From a virus, in the IMG/VR virus record IMGVR_UViG_3300027792_000292, positions 67,127-131,126 of that record: a stretch of DNA of 64,000 bases, one strand, 5' to 3'. Positions 48,105-58,658 of this stretch are shown here, one piece after another. A program made the translations under genes and the position numbers. The notes beneath the pieces were generated by a model, which was not told the DNA's origin, ran no database searches, and worked only from the letters and a program-made list of their open reading frames with translations. The number at the start of each line of letters is the position of its first letter. Position 1 is the stretch's first letter.

Positions 48105-49055
48105 ATGAATGTTCTAATAACTGGAGGATTAGGTTTTATAGGTAGTAATCTTTCAGAGTTCTATTATAGGAATGGAGATAATGTTACTATCCTAAGTAGA
48201 ACAAGTACGAAGCAGTACAACATTAGACCATTTAAAGATAATGTTACATTCATACAAAAAGATATAAGAGATATATCTGAAGATGATGTAAAAGATAAAG
48301 ATGTCATATTTCACTGTGCCTCTACGGTAGATAACTACAATATTCTTACAGATCCTTACCTCGACGTTAATGTAAACTGTATAGGAACTATTGCCCTCTT
48401 AGAAGCTTGTAGGAAAGTTAATAAAGAAGTTCCTATAGTGTACACCAGCACCTTTTTTGTTAATGGTAATCCTCCTTCACTTCCTGTTACCGCAAGTATG
48501 AAACCAGAACCACTAGGAGTTTATGGAGCTACTAAATTGGCAGCAGAGCACATACTAAAGACATATCAAAAGGTATACGGATTAAAGCCTATCATTGCCC
48601 GTCTTTCTAATGTTTTTGGGCTAAAAGAGCAGGAGAATAACAATAAGAAGGCAGCATTCAATCGTATGATATATACAGCAATAAATAATGGTACTATAAA
48701 ATTGTACGATAATGGAAAGATAACCAGGGATTATATATACATAGATGATGTTGTTTCTGCTTTGGATGTACTATCCAAAAAGGGAGAATCAGGGAAAATC
48801 TATTATGTAGGAACGGGGAAAGGACACACTTTTAGAGAGATGGTAGATATCATCCTCGAAGAAGCTGCCTCGGGAAATGTGGAAGTTATCCCCCCTCCAG
48901 TATTTCATTCCAATGTAGGAATAGATGATTTCGTCTGTGACGTACAAGATTTGAAGGCTTTAGGATGGGAACAAAAGGTATCCCTCCGAGAAGGAATAAA
49001 AAAGATTGTAGAACAATATAAGTTAGAATACCTATATACAGGTTATGGTGAATAA
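48105..49055 (+). CDS. NAD-dependent epimerase/dehydratase
   Basis: TGGLGFIG, YGATK, RDYIYIDD. Confidence 0.9.
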   Translation: MNVLITGGLGFIGSNLSEFYYRNGDNVTILSRTSTKQYNIRPFKDNVTFIQKDIRDISEDDVKDKDVIFHCASTVDNYNILTDPYLDVNVNCIGTIALLEACRKVNKEVPIVYTSTFFVNGNPPSLPVTASMKPEPLGVYGATKLAAEHILKTYQKVYGLKPIIARLSNVFGLKEQENNNKKAAFNRMIYTAINNGTIKLYDNGKITRDYIYIDDVVSALDVLSKKGESGKIYYVGTGKGHTFREMVDIILEEAASGNVEVIPPPVFHSNVGIDDFVCDVQDLKALGWEQKVSLREGIKKIVEQYKLEYLYTGYGE

Positions 49056-50107
49056 TGATTAATAAATATGTAGAGTTCTCAAAGGATAATCCTTTTAGTT
49101 CTCAAGCTAAAATGCTTATCCATATAGATAGACTGTATGAGTACATGACTATGAATGATACTCATCCTATTTTTATGGAATTAAATCTTACTGACTTCTG
49201 CAACCTTAAATGTGAATGGTGTATAAGTGGTAATCGTGTAGGTACCGCCTCTCTGGATATAGAGGACTTAAAAAAGTTCCTTAAAGACTTCCATAGTATG
49301 GGAGGAAAAGCAGTAACCTTCAGCGGTGGTGGTGAGCCAACTACTTATAAACATTTTATAGAAGCCTCCGAATATGCAAAAAGTATTGGATTGGATTTAG
49401 GGCTAATGACTAATGGGGTATTCAACCCTAAACTGATAGAATGTATAGGCACTATGTTCGATTGGGTACGAATATCTTTAGATACAGTAAACAGAGAAAC
49501 ATATAAGAACTTAAAAAAAGTTGATGGGGTGGATATAGTATTGAGGAATTTAAAAGACCTAGTAGCCTATCCTGTTAAAGTAGGAGTAAATAGTAATATA
49601 ATAAAAGAGTATACTGTTGATGACATCAAGACCTTAATAGACGAGGTTCTACCATATGCCTCATATCTTCAATTTAGACCTGTTCTTCCTTGCTACTTCA
49701 GGTCGGAGAGGCCGGACCTGAATCAACCTGTATGGGATTACTTAATAAATAACCATAGCGATAATGAAAAAATTAACTTAAGTAATGACAAATTAAATGA
49801 CATACGCTATCAAAGAGATTTTCCATTTAGGCACTGTGAAGGTCATTTCTTTTCTCCCATACTCAATGCTAACGGGGATATAGCTATTTGTATGTATCAC
49901 CCCGGTGATCAGAGATTTGTATTCGGTAACATTTATCTATCATCTTTTAAGGAGATTTGGGAGTCTGATAGAAGGAAAAAAGCTATAGAATTTGTAAGAA
50001 GCCTGGATTATAAAGAGAATTGTCAGATGTGCTGCAAGTTAACCGAGATTAATAAGCTTGTAGATTTCATGAAGTATTCCAAAATAGAGGATGCTAATTT
50101 TCTATGA
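49055..50107 (+). CDS. Radical SAM protein with SPASM domain
   Basis: CNLKCEWC, SGGGEP, TNG; C-terminal C...G.I.IC...GNI...IW...C..CC. Confidence 0.9.
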   Translation: MINKYVEFSKDNPFSSQAKMLIHIDRLYEYMTMNDTHPIFMELNLTDFCNLKCEWCISGNRVGTASLDIEDLKKFLKDFHSMGGKAVTFSGGGEPTTYKHFIEASEYAKSIGLDLGLMTNGVFNPKLIECIGTMFDWVRISLDTVNRETYKNLKKVDGVDIVLRNLKDLVAYPVKVGVNSNIIKEYTVDDIKTLIDEVLPYASYLQFRPVLPCYFRSERPDLNQPVWDYLINNHSDNEKINLSNDKLNDIRYQRDFPFRHCEGHFFSPILNANGDIAICMYHPGDQRFVFGNIYLSSFKEIWESDRRKKAIEFVRSLDYKENCQMCCKLTEINKLVDFMKYSKIEDANFL

Positions 50108-51486
50108 GTATAAAATTAATTATTTTTGATTTGGATGGTGTTTTAATAGATAGCCCTGATGTCCATTACGAGTCTTTGAACAAAGCCCTTTTGTATTATA
50201 AAGAAGACCCGATCTCTTATAAGGACCATATATCTAAATATGATGGTAAACCTACTAGAGAAAAGTTAATTCTTAAAGGTATTAAGAAAGAAAAACATGA
50301 TTTAATAAATAAGAAAAAGCAAGAATATACCTTTAATCTATTAGAAACTAAAATTGTCAAAAGTGAAAAGTTTATTGATATCTTTAAACGATTGAAATCA
50401 GAGGGATACATAATAAATATTGCCTCAAATTCTATTAGGTATACTATACAGTTGGTTCTATTTAAAATGGGAGTTATGCAGTATATAGACTACATTGTTT
50501 CTAATGAGGATGTAGAAAATGGGAAGCCTCACCCAGAGATATATTTAAAGTGTATGATACACTCTAAAGTAGGCCCTAGAGATACAATAATCATCGAAGA
50601 TTCTTATGTAGGCAGGAAAGGTGCTTTTAACTCAGGGGCTTATTTATGCGCCGTTAAAAACCCAGAAGAAGTAACTTACGAGCTTATTAAGGCTACAGTA
50701 GCTAAATATAATGGAGATAAACCTAAATGGAAAGGTAATAGTATGAATATTGTAGTTCCAATGGCAGGAGCAGGTTCCCGTTTTGTAGAAGCAGGTTACA
50801 CTTTTCCTAAGCCATTGATAGACGTGAATGGAAAGCCTATGATTCAGGTCGTAGTTGATAATCTGAATATAGAAGGACACTATATTTTTTTAGTGAGGAA
50901 AGAGCATTACGAAAAATATGACTTAAAGCATATGCTACAAATAATAGCTCCTGGGTGTGATATAATAACGGTTGATAAAGTTACGGAAGGGGCAGCCTGT
51001 ACAGTATTACTTGCTAAAGAATTTATTAATAATAATGACCAACTTTTAATAGCTAATTCTGATCAATATATAGAGTGGGATAGTTCACATTTTATGTATA
51101 TGATGCAGAATGATTATATTGATGGAGGAGTGCCTACATTTCATAATACTCATGTTAAATGGTCATATGCTAAAGTAGATTCTGAAGGATTTATAGAAGA
51201 GATTAGAGAAAAGACTGTAATATCAAATCATGCTACCTGTGGGATATATCACTTTAAAAAAGGTAGCGACTTTGTGAAGTACGCTGAACAAATGATTAAA
51301 AAAGATATAAGAGTTAATAGTGAGTTTTACTGTGCTCCAGTATATAATGAAGCTATACAAGATGGAAAGAAATTTAAAATATATGATATTAACATTATGA
51401 AAGGACTAGGAGATCCTAATGATTTGATGTACTTTTTAGAATATATTAAAGGAAGAGAGCAGTATGATAAGTTGCCTGCTATGTGA
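50104..51486 (+). CDS. HAD phosphatase / sugar-nucleotidyltransferase fusion
   Basis: FDLDGVL, KPHP, IEDS; then PMAGAGSRF, PKPLI, TEGAA, NSDQ. Confidence 0.85.
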   Translation: MSIKLIIFDLDGVLIDSPDVHYESLNKALLYYKEDPISYKDHISKYDGKPTREKLILKGIKKEKHDLINKKKQEYTFNLLETKIVKSEKFIDIFKRLKSEGYIINIASNSIRYTIQLVLFKMGVMQYIDYIVSNEDVENGKPHPEIYLKCMIHSKVGPRDTIIIEDSYVGRKGAFNSGAYLCAVKNPEEVTYELIKATVAKYNGDKPKWKGNSMNIVVPMAGAGSRFVEAGYTFPKPLIDVNGKPMIQVVVDNLNIEGHYIFLVRKEHYEKYDLKHMLQIIAPGCDIITVDKVTEGAACTVLLAKEFINNNDQLLIANSDQYIEWDSSHFMYMMQNDYIDGGVPTFHNTHVKWSYAKVDSEGFIEEIREKTVISNHATCGIYHFKKGSDFVKYAEQMIKKDIRVNSEFYCAPVYNEAIQDGKKFKIYDINIMKGLGDPNDLMYFLEYIKGREQYDKLPAM

Positions 51487-52339
51487 GGTCAGTGTCAAAA
51501 ACTATAGGTATTTAAGCCATCATATAAGAAAAGCCCATAATATAAGTGCTAAACAATATGTAGATACCATAAGTGGTATTGGCTTATGCAAAGAATGCGG
51601 TAATCATACTAAATTTAAAAATATACAGATAGGATATAGGAACTTTTGCTCCGTTGCTTGTTTAAATAGGTATAAATTAAAAGATAAAGATTACATTAAT
51701 GCACTGTCTATGTCTCAGAAAGGTATACCAAGAAAAAAACACTCGGAAGCCACTAAAAGACTCATCTCTAAAAATTCAAAAAATAGCTGGTCTAAAAATA
51801 GAGACAAATATTTGTCTATTTTCAGATCTGTAGAGTATAGAGCTAAAGCTTCTAAAAAAACCAGTGAGTTGGGACATAGGAAAATAACAGGACAAATAAA
51901 TGGCATATATTATGAATCAGAGGCTGAAAAATCTTTTATTGAGTTAGCTTTTAATAACAATTTTTTAGTAAGGAGATTTGGCTCTTCTTTATACGGAGAG
52001 AAACCTTATATAGATTTAGGTAATAGGTGTGTAATTCCAGATTTTGTTTCTTCTGAACTAATGGTAGAGGTAAAAGACTTTCATCATTGGTTTAGAAAAG
52101 AACTTTTTTCAGGATTAGAAAAATATAAAAAAATATCAGAGTGGGGAAGAGATCATGATTATTTTTTTATATTTTGGTTCAAAAAATATGGTTTTATACA
52201 TCTTGAGGAATTATTATACATAAAAGATGATAATGATTTAAAAAAATTTAAAAATGAAAAATTAATTGAGATAGAAAATATACGTGAGTACATTGAAAAC
52301 GAGAAATCAAAAAGCAATCAAAAGAGGAACGCTCTATGA
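51464..52339 (+). CDS. Putative free-standing homing endonuclease (zinc fingers, NUMOD-like motif, PD-(D/E)xK)
   Basis: CLLC...HH...H, CKEC...FCS..C, HSEATKRLIS, YES..E, PDF......VEVK; overlaps both neighbours. Confidence 0.65.
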   Translation: MISCLLCEVSVKNYRYLSHHIRKAHNISAKQYVDTISGIGLCKECGNHTKFKNIQIGYRNFCSVACLNRYKLKDKDYINALSMSQKGIPRKKHSEATKRLISKNSKNSWSKNRDKYLSIFRSVEYRAKASKKTSELGHRKITGQINGIYYESEAEKSFIELAFNNNFLVRRFGSSLYGEKPYIDLGNRCVIPDFVSSELMVEVKDFHHWFRKELFSGLEKYKKISEWGRDHDYFFIFWFKKYGFIHLEELLYIKDDNDLKKFKNEKLIEIENIREYIENEKSKSNQKRNAL

Positions 52340-53049
52340 ATATAATAGAACAAATAAAACAAGAATTTGGTAATGTCTATGTAGATAATGCTCCTGATAT
52401 AGAGGGAGCAGTTCAAAATTCCAAACCAATTTATGATGGTCGTAGGACGCACTGTAGATCAGGTCTCTATGCCTTTACTAAAATTAGAAAAGCCAGATAT
52501 GTCCTTGAAATAGGTTCTTGGCTATATCAAGGTGCCTCTGCTATAGCTAGAGCAATGGATGATCTTTATGGTGAGGATGGAGAAGGAGTTGTAGACTCAA
52601 TAGATATTATAGACAATCTAAAATCAAATAATATAGCAGTTACTTTGAATAAAAGAATACGTAGACACTACTGGCTCCCCCACCATACATCTTACGATAT
52701 TTGGAAATATGAAAAACAGATAGAGAAGCCAGAATTTAGAGAAATGACTAATGACCAGATATTTGAGAAAAATCTATCCTACTTAAAGAGTATAGCTCCT
52801 AAAGGAGGGTATGATATGATAATGATAGATAGTGATCACTCCTATGAGGGAGCTATGTTTGATTGGCTATACTCTATGGAAATTTCAAATAATGAAACTC
52901 TTATAATAGTAGATGACATATATGATGATAGACACGTAAGAGTGAAGACGTTTTTCGATGAGCTAAAGACTATAAAGTGGGATTTTAAAGAGTGGAACGA
53001 TGATATTATAAAACCACTACAAAGTACAGGCGTAACTTTAAAATATTGA
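52336..53049 (+). CDS. Class I SAM methyltransferase-like
   Basis: VLEIGS, YDMIMIDSDHSY, IVDD. Confidence 0.75.
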   Translation: MNIIEQIKQEFGNVYVDNAPDIEGAVQNSKPIYDGRRTHCRSGLYAFTKIRKARYVLEIGSWLYQGASAIARAMDDLYGEDGEGVVDSIDIIDNLKSNNIAVTLNKRIRRHYWLPHHTSYDIWKYEKQIEKPEFREMTNDQIFEKNLSYLKSIAPKGGYDMIMIDSDHSYEGAMFDWLYSMEISNNETLIIVDDIYDDRHVRVKTFFDELKTIKWDFKEWNDDIIKPLQSTGVTLKY

Positions 53050-53060
53050 GAAAGGCTATT

Positions 53061-54014
53061 ATGAGATTAATAACAATCAATTATTTACCTTGGTATAGAC
53101 ATCATTATTTTAAGTTAGTTTTTCATTTTCTTTCTAAGGTGAAAGAATCTAACAGAAATCTGATGCATTTTAAGATACATACGGAACAGAGCCATTTAGG
53201 TGTAGTACAACAATTTGTATGGGATTTGAATTCTATTGGTATCACTACTGATGTTCTAACATACCAGGAAGGTAATAACTACATAGATAAAGTACAGAAC
53301 TTCTGTAACCATGACTCCCCTTACAGTGGGAAATTAGATGAAGATTGTTTCATGAATAATTTCCTGTGGGATTTTATAGTAGATAATCTACAAATTTTAG
53401 AGGATACTAAGAATTTTTTGATTACGCCTCAGACCTCAATAGGCATCCCCACAATAGAGGGTTTTTTGGAGGATAACATACCTGAAGCTGTACGTATGTT
53501 GGTCTATAATATGTTTAAAGGCACAAGGTTAAGCACTCATTGGGGAGTCGATTATAGCTCTCTTAATTCTGCTACAGTAGATTATCATGAAAAGGAATGG
53601 AATGCAAATCTTTTTTATAAAGCTGCAAGAGACCTTAATCATTATTTTAGAGGGATTCATCCAATTAGGATTAATAAAGAACCTAACCTTTTAATACACA
53701 AGGCTATACTTAGTAGTCTCTCTTTATTCTGTGCTAATAGAGATTTTAGTTTTTATGAATTGGATAGACCCTACCTATGTAATAGCATTTTCTTCATTAA
53801 AACAGACGTTTGGAAAACTCTGTTAGGTAGGCAAGATTTGTTTAGAGATCCTTATGATGAGGTACCTTTAAACTTGTATAAGGATGAAACTGGAGCAAAG
53901 ATGCTTTCTGTAAAAAATAGTTATTGTATAAATACCATCTATAATACAATAGACAGTCATAGGGATATAGCCAATGATTTTGTAAATAGAATTTCACAGG
54001 GGATAGGGATATGA
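53061..54014 (+). CDS. GT-A-like hypothetical protein
   Basis: KLDED (DxD-like), DE; located in the glycosylation cluster. Confidence 0.5.
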   Translation: MRLITINYLPWYRHHYFKLVFHFLSKVKESNRNLMHFKIHTEQSHLGVVQQFVWDLNSIGITTDVLTYQEGNNYIDKVQNFCNHDSPYSGKLDEDCFMNNFLWDFIVDNLQILEDTKNFLITPQTSIGIPTIEGFLEDNIPEAVRMLVYNMFKGTRLSTHWGVDYSSLNSATVDYHEKEWNANLFYKAARDLNHYFRGIHPIRINKEPNLLIHKAILSSLSLFCANRDFSFYELDRPYLCNSIFFIKTDVWKTLLGRQDLFRDPYDEVPLNLYKDETGAKMLSVKNSYCINTIYNTIDSHRDIANDFVNRISQGIGI

Positions 54015-54670
54015 AGATAGCTTATTTTATGCATATTGGTGCATTAAATAATTTCAGACCTATTTTGGAAGAGCTTTTGAAGACTTCTAAGCCTCTTCTT
54101 GAAAAGTGTAATGATATATTTTTGTGCGCTAATTGTGTAGATGCAGATATAACTGAAGTTAAGATAGTAGTTGATAGTTGTGGTATTGAGAATTATAACA
54201 TAATAGATAATAAGTCGAATGACTGGGAATATCTTACTCTTGAAAGAATGTACGACTATGCCAAAGCTTGTACAGAAAATACTAAGATAATATATACAAT
54301 GACTAAGGGAGTTAATCGTATAGGTACTGAAGTATGCATTGAGGAATGGCGACAGTACATGACTTACTTTTTGGTAGAGAGGTATGACTTAAGCCTAAAG
54401 GCTTTAGATGACTATGAGACCATTGGGGTAGATTTAGTTACAGAGCCAGAGAAACACTATTCTGGTAACTTTTGGGGAGCCACAAGTGACTACATCAAAA
54501 GGTTGGAACATCCCAGAGAAGTTCGTTTCTCTAACCTGGATTCATATAGACATAGAAATGAATTCTGGATTTGTTCTACTGAGGGCAAACATGGATGTTT
54601 ACATAACTCAGGGATAGGTGTATATGAAAGGCATCTAAAGAGATATCCAAGGGAGATGTATGCGCTTTAG
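54011..54670 (+). CDS. Glycosyltransferase-like protein
   Basis: E..TL, Y..TKG, W, HYSGNFW, E.WI motif family. Confidence 0.6.
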   Translation: MKIAYFMHIGALNNFRPILEELLKTSKPLLEKCNDIFLCANCVDADITEVKIVVDSCGIENYNIIDNKSNDWEYLTLERMYDYAKACTENTKIIYTMTKGVNRIGTEVCIEEWRQYMTYFLVERYDLSLKALDDYETIGVDLVTEPEKHYSGNFWGATSDYIKRLEHPREVRFSNLDSYRHRNEFWICSTEGKHGCLHNSGIGVYERHLKRYPREMYAL

Positions 54671-55739
54671 TATTATAATATCAACATATCCTCCACATTT
54701 TCATAGAGTAAGTAAATTTCTTGCTTCCTGTTATGAGCATATTAAAGATTTGGATAAATTGGATGTAATTCTGGTGGTATCATCTGGAGAAGAATATCTG
54801 ATAAGAGGTGCTATAGAAGGATTTGTTCGAAGTGATATAGAAGAAAATAATAGAATAAACTTTAAGATAGTTACATTTAGTAAGCTATTAAAAGACTTTT
54901 ACGGTATCAATATAACAGAACAAGAAATGCTCACTAATATGTGTGATCCTTTCTCTGGAGGTAAATGGAGTTATCAATCTTTAAAGAAACTTATAGGGGT
55001 ACTATATTCTGATAATCCTTATTCTTTGGTTATTGATTCAGAGACATTAGTTATTCGAGATTGTTATATAGAAGATGTATTCCTTAACTTCTTCAATAAG
55101 AGTAGGACATATTTCTATACTGATAACTCTTTGGAGAAAAGTCCAAGGTTCAAAAATTTTGGTAATGGGGCTTTATATACTTTATCAGGCAATTGTAACA
55201 AAATACTTAAAAAAGAGACCCTACCTTTCTATTTTTGGGAAGCAGGAAATTGGTTTTTTGAGAAGGAAAAAGTAGAAGGGCTGGTAAAATACATAGAAGG
55301 ACTTCATGGGACAAATATAGTTAATGTAATGCTTTCTATTAAACCTATTTTTGAGTTCTCTTTATATCAATTCTATCTATATCACATGCACAGAGACCAA
55401 TATACTTTTGTATGCGTAAATGATGAGATTAGGTCTTATGTAAATAATGAAGTATATTTTTTACAGCAGAGGGATAGGCTTACTGATACTCGTTTAGGTT
55501 TTGAAGAGACGCTAACAATACTGGACAATGATAAAATGGCAGACTGCTATCATGCCCTTTTTACAAGGTATGACCTGAACTTTTTAATGTTTGGGATATC
55601 CTGGGATCGTTGTACTTCTCAGCATGTTCGTTTTATAGAGGAGACCGAAAACATTAAGTTTTTATGTACGCTAGATAGCGAGAATGGGCCCATTACCAGA
55701 GGATTATCTCTACCAAAACTTAACAAGGTTATAACATGA
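54660..55739 (+). CDS. Glycosyltransferase-like hypothetical protein
   Basis: YQSLKKL, IDSE, FE...Y. Confidence 0.5.
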   Translation: MRFSIIISTYPPHFHRVSKFLASCYEHIKDLDKLDVILVVSSGEEYLIRGAIEGFVRSDIEENNRINFKIVTFSKLLKDFYGINITEQEMLTNMCDPFSGGKWSYQSLKKLIGVLYSDNPYSLVIDSETLVIRDCYIEDVFLNFFNKSRTYFYTDNSLEKSPRFKNFGNGALYTLSGNCNKILKKETLPFYFWEAGNWFFEKEKVEGLVKYIEGLHGTNIVNVMLSIKPIFEFSLYQFYLYHMHRDQYTFVCVNDEIRSYVNNEVYFLQQRDRLTDTRLGFEETLTILDNDKMADCYHALFTRYDLNFLMFGISWDRCTSQHVRFIEETENIKFLCTLDSENGPITRGLSLPKLNKVIT

Positions 55740-56056
55740 AGCTATTCAAATTAGAAGAGATGAAGTTAGGATGGATGGTGGGAGATTTTACACCAACGGC
55801 ATATCAAACGGGTAACTGTGAAGTTGCTGTAAAACATTATCTTAAAGGTGACTACGATAGAAAGCACTACCACAAGATAGCTACGGAGATTACTACTATT
55901 GTAACTGGTAGTGTAAAAATGAATGGTGAGATATATGCTAATGGAGATGTACTTGTTATTGAGCCTAATGAAGCTACAGACTTTCTTGCTTTAGAGCCAA
56001 CTACAACTGTTGTTGTTAAAGTACCAGGAGCTAAAAATGATAAATACGAAGTTTAA
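55736..56056 (+). CDS. Cupin-fold protein
   Basis: GW.VGDF.P, HYHKIATE, GD...IEP, KVP....DKY. Confidence 0.75.
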   Translation: MKLFKLEEMKLGWMVGDFTPTAYQTGNCEVAVKHYLKGDYDRKHYHKIATEITTIVTGSVKMNGEIYANGDVLVIEPNEATDFLALEPTTTVVVKVPGAKNDKYEV

Positions 56057-56507
56057 GTATCTTATAAGTCATAGAGGTAATATTTCAGGCCCTAATTTAA
56101 ACACAGAAAATACTAGGGAAGCGATAGAGTTTGCCATTTGTATGGGATACTCTTGTGAGATAGATGTATGGAAAAAAGATAGTAATTTTTATCTGGGTCA
56201 TGATTGTCCTATGTCTAAGATAGATGTGCAGTTCTTTTTGGATCATTATAATAGTTTGTGGATACACTGCAAAAATGTAGAGGCATTGTATTATCTTAGT
56301 GATATTAAGCTTCTTAATTGCTTTTTCCATAGCCAGGATGATTGTACTCTTACATCAAAAGGATATCTATGGACATATCCTGGTAAATTCTTAACTTCTA
56401 AATCAATATGTGTCCTTCCTGAGTGGGAAAATGGCACGGGAGACATTTCCATAGCATGTGGGATATGTAGCGACTACATAGAAAGGTATGCAAATGAACT
56501 TAGATAA
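56037..56507 (+). CDS. Glycerophosphodiester phosphodiesterase-like protein
   Basis: ISHRGN, EN, EIDVW, LGHD, HCKN, GICSD. Confidence 0.7.
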   Translation: MINTKFKYLISHRGNISGPNLNTENTREAIEFAICMGYSCEIDVWKKDSNFYLGHDCPMSKIDVQFFLDHYNSLWIHCKNVEALYYLSDIKLLNCFFHSQDDCTLTSKGYLWTYPGKFLTSKSICVLPEWENGTGDISIACGICSDYIERYANELR

Positions 56508-57138
56508 GAGTTTAGCATTTGATGTTGGAGCCTATACGGGAGATACCGTTACTGCAATAAAGGCGTTAGGATTTAAAAAGATTATATGTTTTGAACCACA
56601 TCCCGGAAACTTTTCGGCTCTTATGAGTAACTATGGAAATGATCCTGGAATAGTTATGATTCCAAAAGCTGTATCTAATAGTTCAGGGGAAACAGTCGAA
56701 CTTATGATAAACAATGATCTTCCCTGGTTAAATACTTTGGAATCCTTTTGGATATACGGTTGTAGGCATGAGTCCCTATTTTCAAACATGAGTAGGGTAC
56801 AAGTAAAAACGATATCTCTTGATGAATACATTAAAGAGATAGGTGTAATACCATCATATATAAAAATAGATGTTGAGGGACATACTACAAATGTTCTTAA
56901 AGGCTTATCCTATAAGACAGATATGTTAAGTTTTGAATGGGTTTCAGAATTTGCTGAGATGAATGCTGCTAGTTTAACCCTTGTGCATAAATTAGGATAC
57001 GACAAATTTATAATTACTGAACATGAGGGAAGTCCTACTGGAGATACCATGAATTTTGAATCATGCTTAAAGACTCTTAGAGATATTAGAATGCATGATA
57101 ATAAGAATGAAAAATGGGGAAGTATATGGTGCTATTAG
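56488..57138 (+). CDS. FkbM-family methyltransferase
   Basis: FDVGAYTG, FEP, KIDVEG. Confidence 0.9.
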   Translation: MQMNLDKSLAFDVGAYTGDTVTAIKALGFKKIICFEPHPGNFSALMSNYGNDPGIVMIPKAVSNSSGETVELMINNDLPWLNTLESFWIYGCRHESLFSNMSRVQVKTISLDEYIKEIGVIPSYIKIDVEGHTTNVLKGLSYKTDMLSFEWVSEFAEMNAASLTLVHKLGYDKFIITEHEGSPTGDTMNFESCLKTLRDIRMHDNKNEKWGSIWCY

Positions 57139-57596
57139 AAAGTAATAATACACAATATATCGAGCAAAAGTTATACAATGATATACTTAATAATATTCCT
57201 ATAGCATGTGTAGATATTGCAGTTATAGTTGATGGTAGTATTCTTCTTGTGAGAAGGAAAGATGCTCCAGCCAAAGGAGAATGGTGGCTTCCTGGGGGGA
57301 GAATCTTTAAAGGGGAGACTATGAAGGATGCTGCAAAAAGGAAAGCCCTTGAAGAAGTAGGTTTGATTTGCCATGTAGGACCTATCGTACATACTGCTGA
57401 AACAATTTTTCCTGATGGTCCTTATGGTATATCAGTTCACTCTATAAATAGCTGCTTTTTTTTGTATCCACATGATAATTCACATAATATATGTTTAGAC
57501 TCACATCATGAGGAATATAAATGGATTACTAATATTCCAGATAATATTCATCCTTATGTTAGAAATTGTCTTCTTGGGGCTGGATTAGAGTACTAA
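57114..57596 (+). CDS. GDP-mannose mannosyl hydrolase-like NUDIX protein
   Basis: PIACVD, PAKG.WWLPGGRI.KGET...A.R...EE.G, H, HPY. Confidence 0.8.
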   Translation: MGKYMVLLESNNTQYIEQKLYNDILNNIPIACVDIAVIVDGSILLVRRKDAPAKGEWWLPGGRIFKGETMKDAAKRKALEEVGLICHVGPIVHTAETIFPDGPYGISVHSINSCFFLYPHDNSHNICLDSHHEEYKWITNIPDNIHPYVRNCLLGAGLEY

Positions 57597-57728
57597 TAGT
57601 ATTAATATTACTGTAATTATAGATAATATTAGTGCTATTTTTATAAACATATCTTAACTATCATAGAATTCTATAATAACTTATTAATATTTTTGAATTT
57701 ATATATCTATATCATATAGGAGTATCTT

Positions 57729-58658
57729 ATGAATAAAAATTCGTGGGTATATGTAGCAGGACATCAAGGACTGGTAGGATCGGCACTGGTTAAATCTCTT
57801 AAAAATCAGGGATTTACTAATATCGTATGTCGCACACATGCAGAACTTGATCTAACTCGCCAAGAGCAGGTAGAGCGATTTTTTAACGATGAAAAGCCTG
57901 AGTATGTTTTTTTAGCTGCCGCCAAGGTAGGTGGGATATATGCAAATAATACCTATCCTGCGGAGTTTGCCTACTCAAATTTTCAAATACAGTGTAATGT
58001 TATTCATTCGGCATATCTTTCGGGAGTAAAAAAGCTTTGCTTTCTTGGTTCCTCATGTATTTATCCTAAATACGCACTGCAACCCATGCGTGAAGATTTT
58101 TTGCTCACCGGAGAGCTTGAACCTACCAATAAAGCCTATGCAATTGCGAAGATTGGGGGGATTGTTCTTTGTGAAAGCTATAATAAACAATACAAAACTG
58201 ATTTTATTAGTGTAATGCCCACAAACCTTTATGGGCCTAATGATAACTATCATCCCGAAAACTCACACGTCTTACCTGCGATAATTCGGCGTTTTCATGA
58301 AGCAAAAGTAAGTAACGCACCTGAAGTAGTTATTTGGGGGACAGGAAATCCAAAACGAGAGTTTATGTTTTCGGAAGATTTGGCTGATGCATGTATATTT
58401 TTAATGAATAATTACAGTGGTAATGATATTGTGAATATTGGAACTGGTATCGAGGTATCTATTAAGGAATTAGCTCTTACAGTGCAAGAAGTAGTAGGCT
58501 ACAAAGGAAAGCTTCACTTTGATATGACCAAGCCCGATGGAACTGCCCGTAAGTTACTTGATTGCACAAAGTTGCATAGTTTAGGGTGGTTCCATAAAAC
58601 TGAGTTGAAAGAGGGTATTGCAATCGCCTACGAAGATTTTATCAGCAAACTGAAATAA
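57729..58658 (+). CDS. fcl: GDP-L-fucose synthase
   Basis: [58 protein letters not shown]. Confidence 0.95.
   Translation: MNKNSWVYVAGHQGLVGSALVKSLKNQGFTNIVCRTHAELDLTRQEQVERFFNDEKPEYVFLAAAKVGGIYANNTYPAEFAYSNFQIQCNVIHSAYLSGVKKLCFLGSSCIYPKYALQPMREDFLLTGELEPTNKAYAIAKIGGIVLCESYNKQYKTDFISVMPTNLYGPNDNYHPENSHVLPAIIRRFHEAKVSNAPEVVIWGTGNPKREFMFSEDLADACIFLMNNYSGNDIVNIGTGIEVSIKELALTVQEVVGYKGKLHFDMTKPDGTARKLLDCTKLHSLGWFHKTELKEGIAIAYEDFISKLK

Noticed and set aside
51464-52339. Group I intron or intein hosting the endonuclease
   Set aside because: The upstream gene appears complete and the downstream gene starts separately; no split gene, intron core or intein termini are visible.
86-57392. Numerous short minus-strand ORFs in the track
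   Set aside because: They lie antisense to well-supported plus-strand genes and have no motifs.
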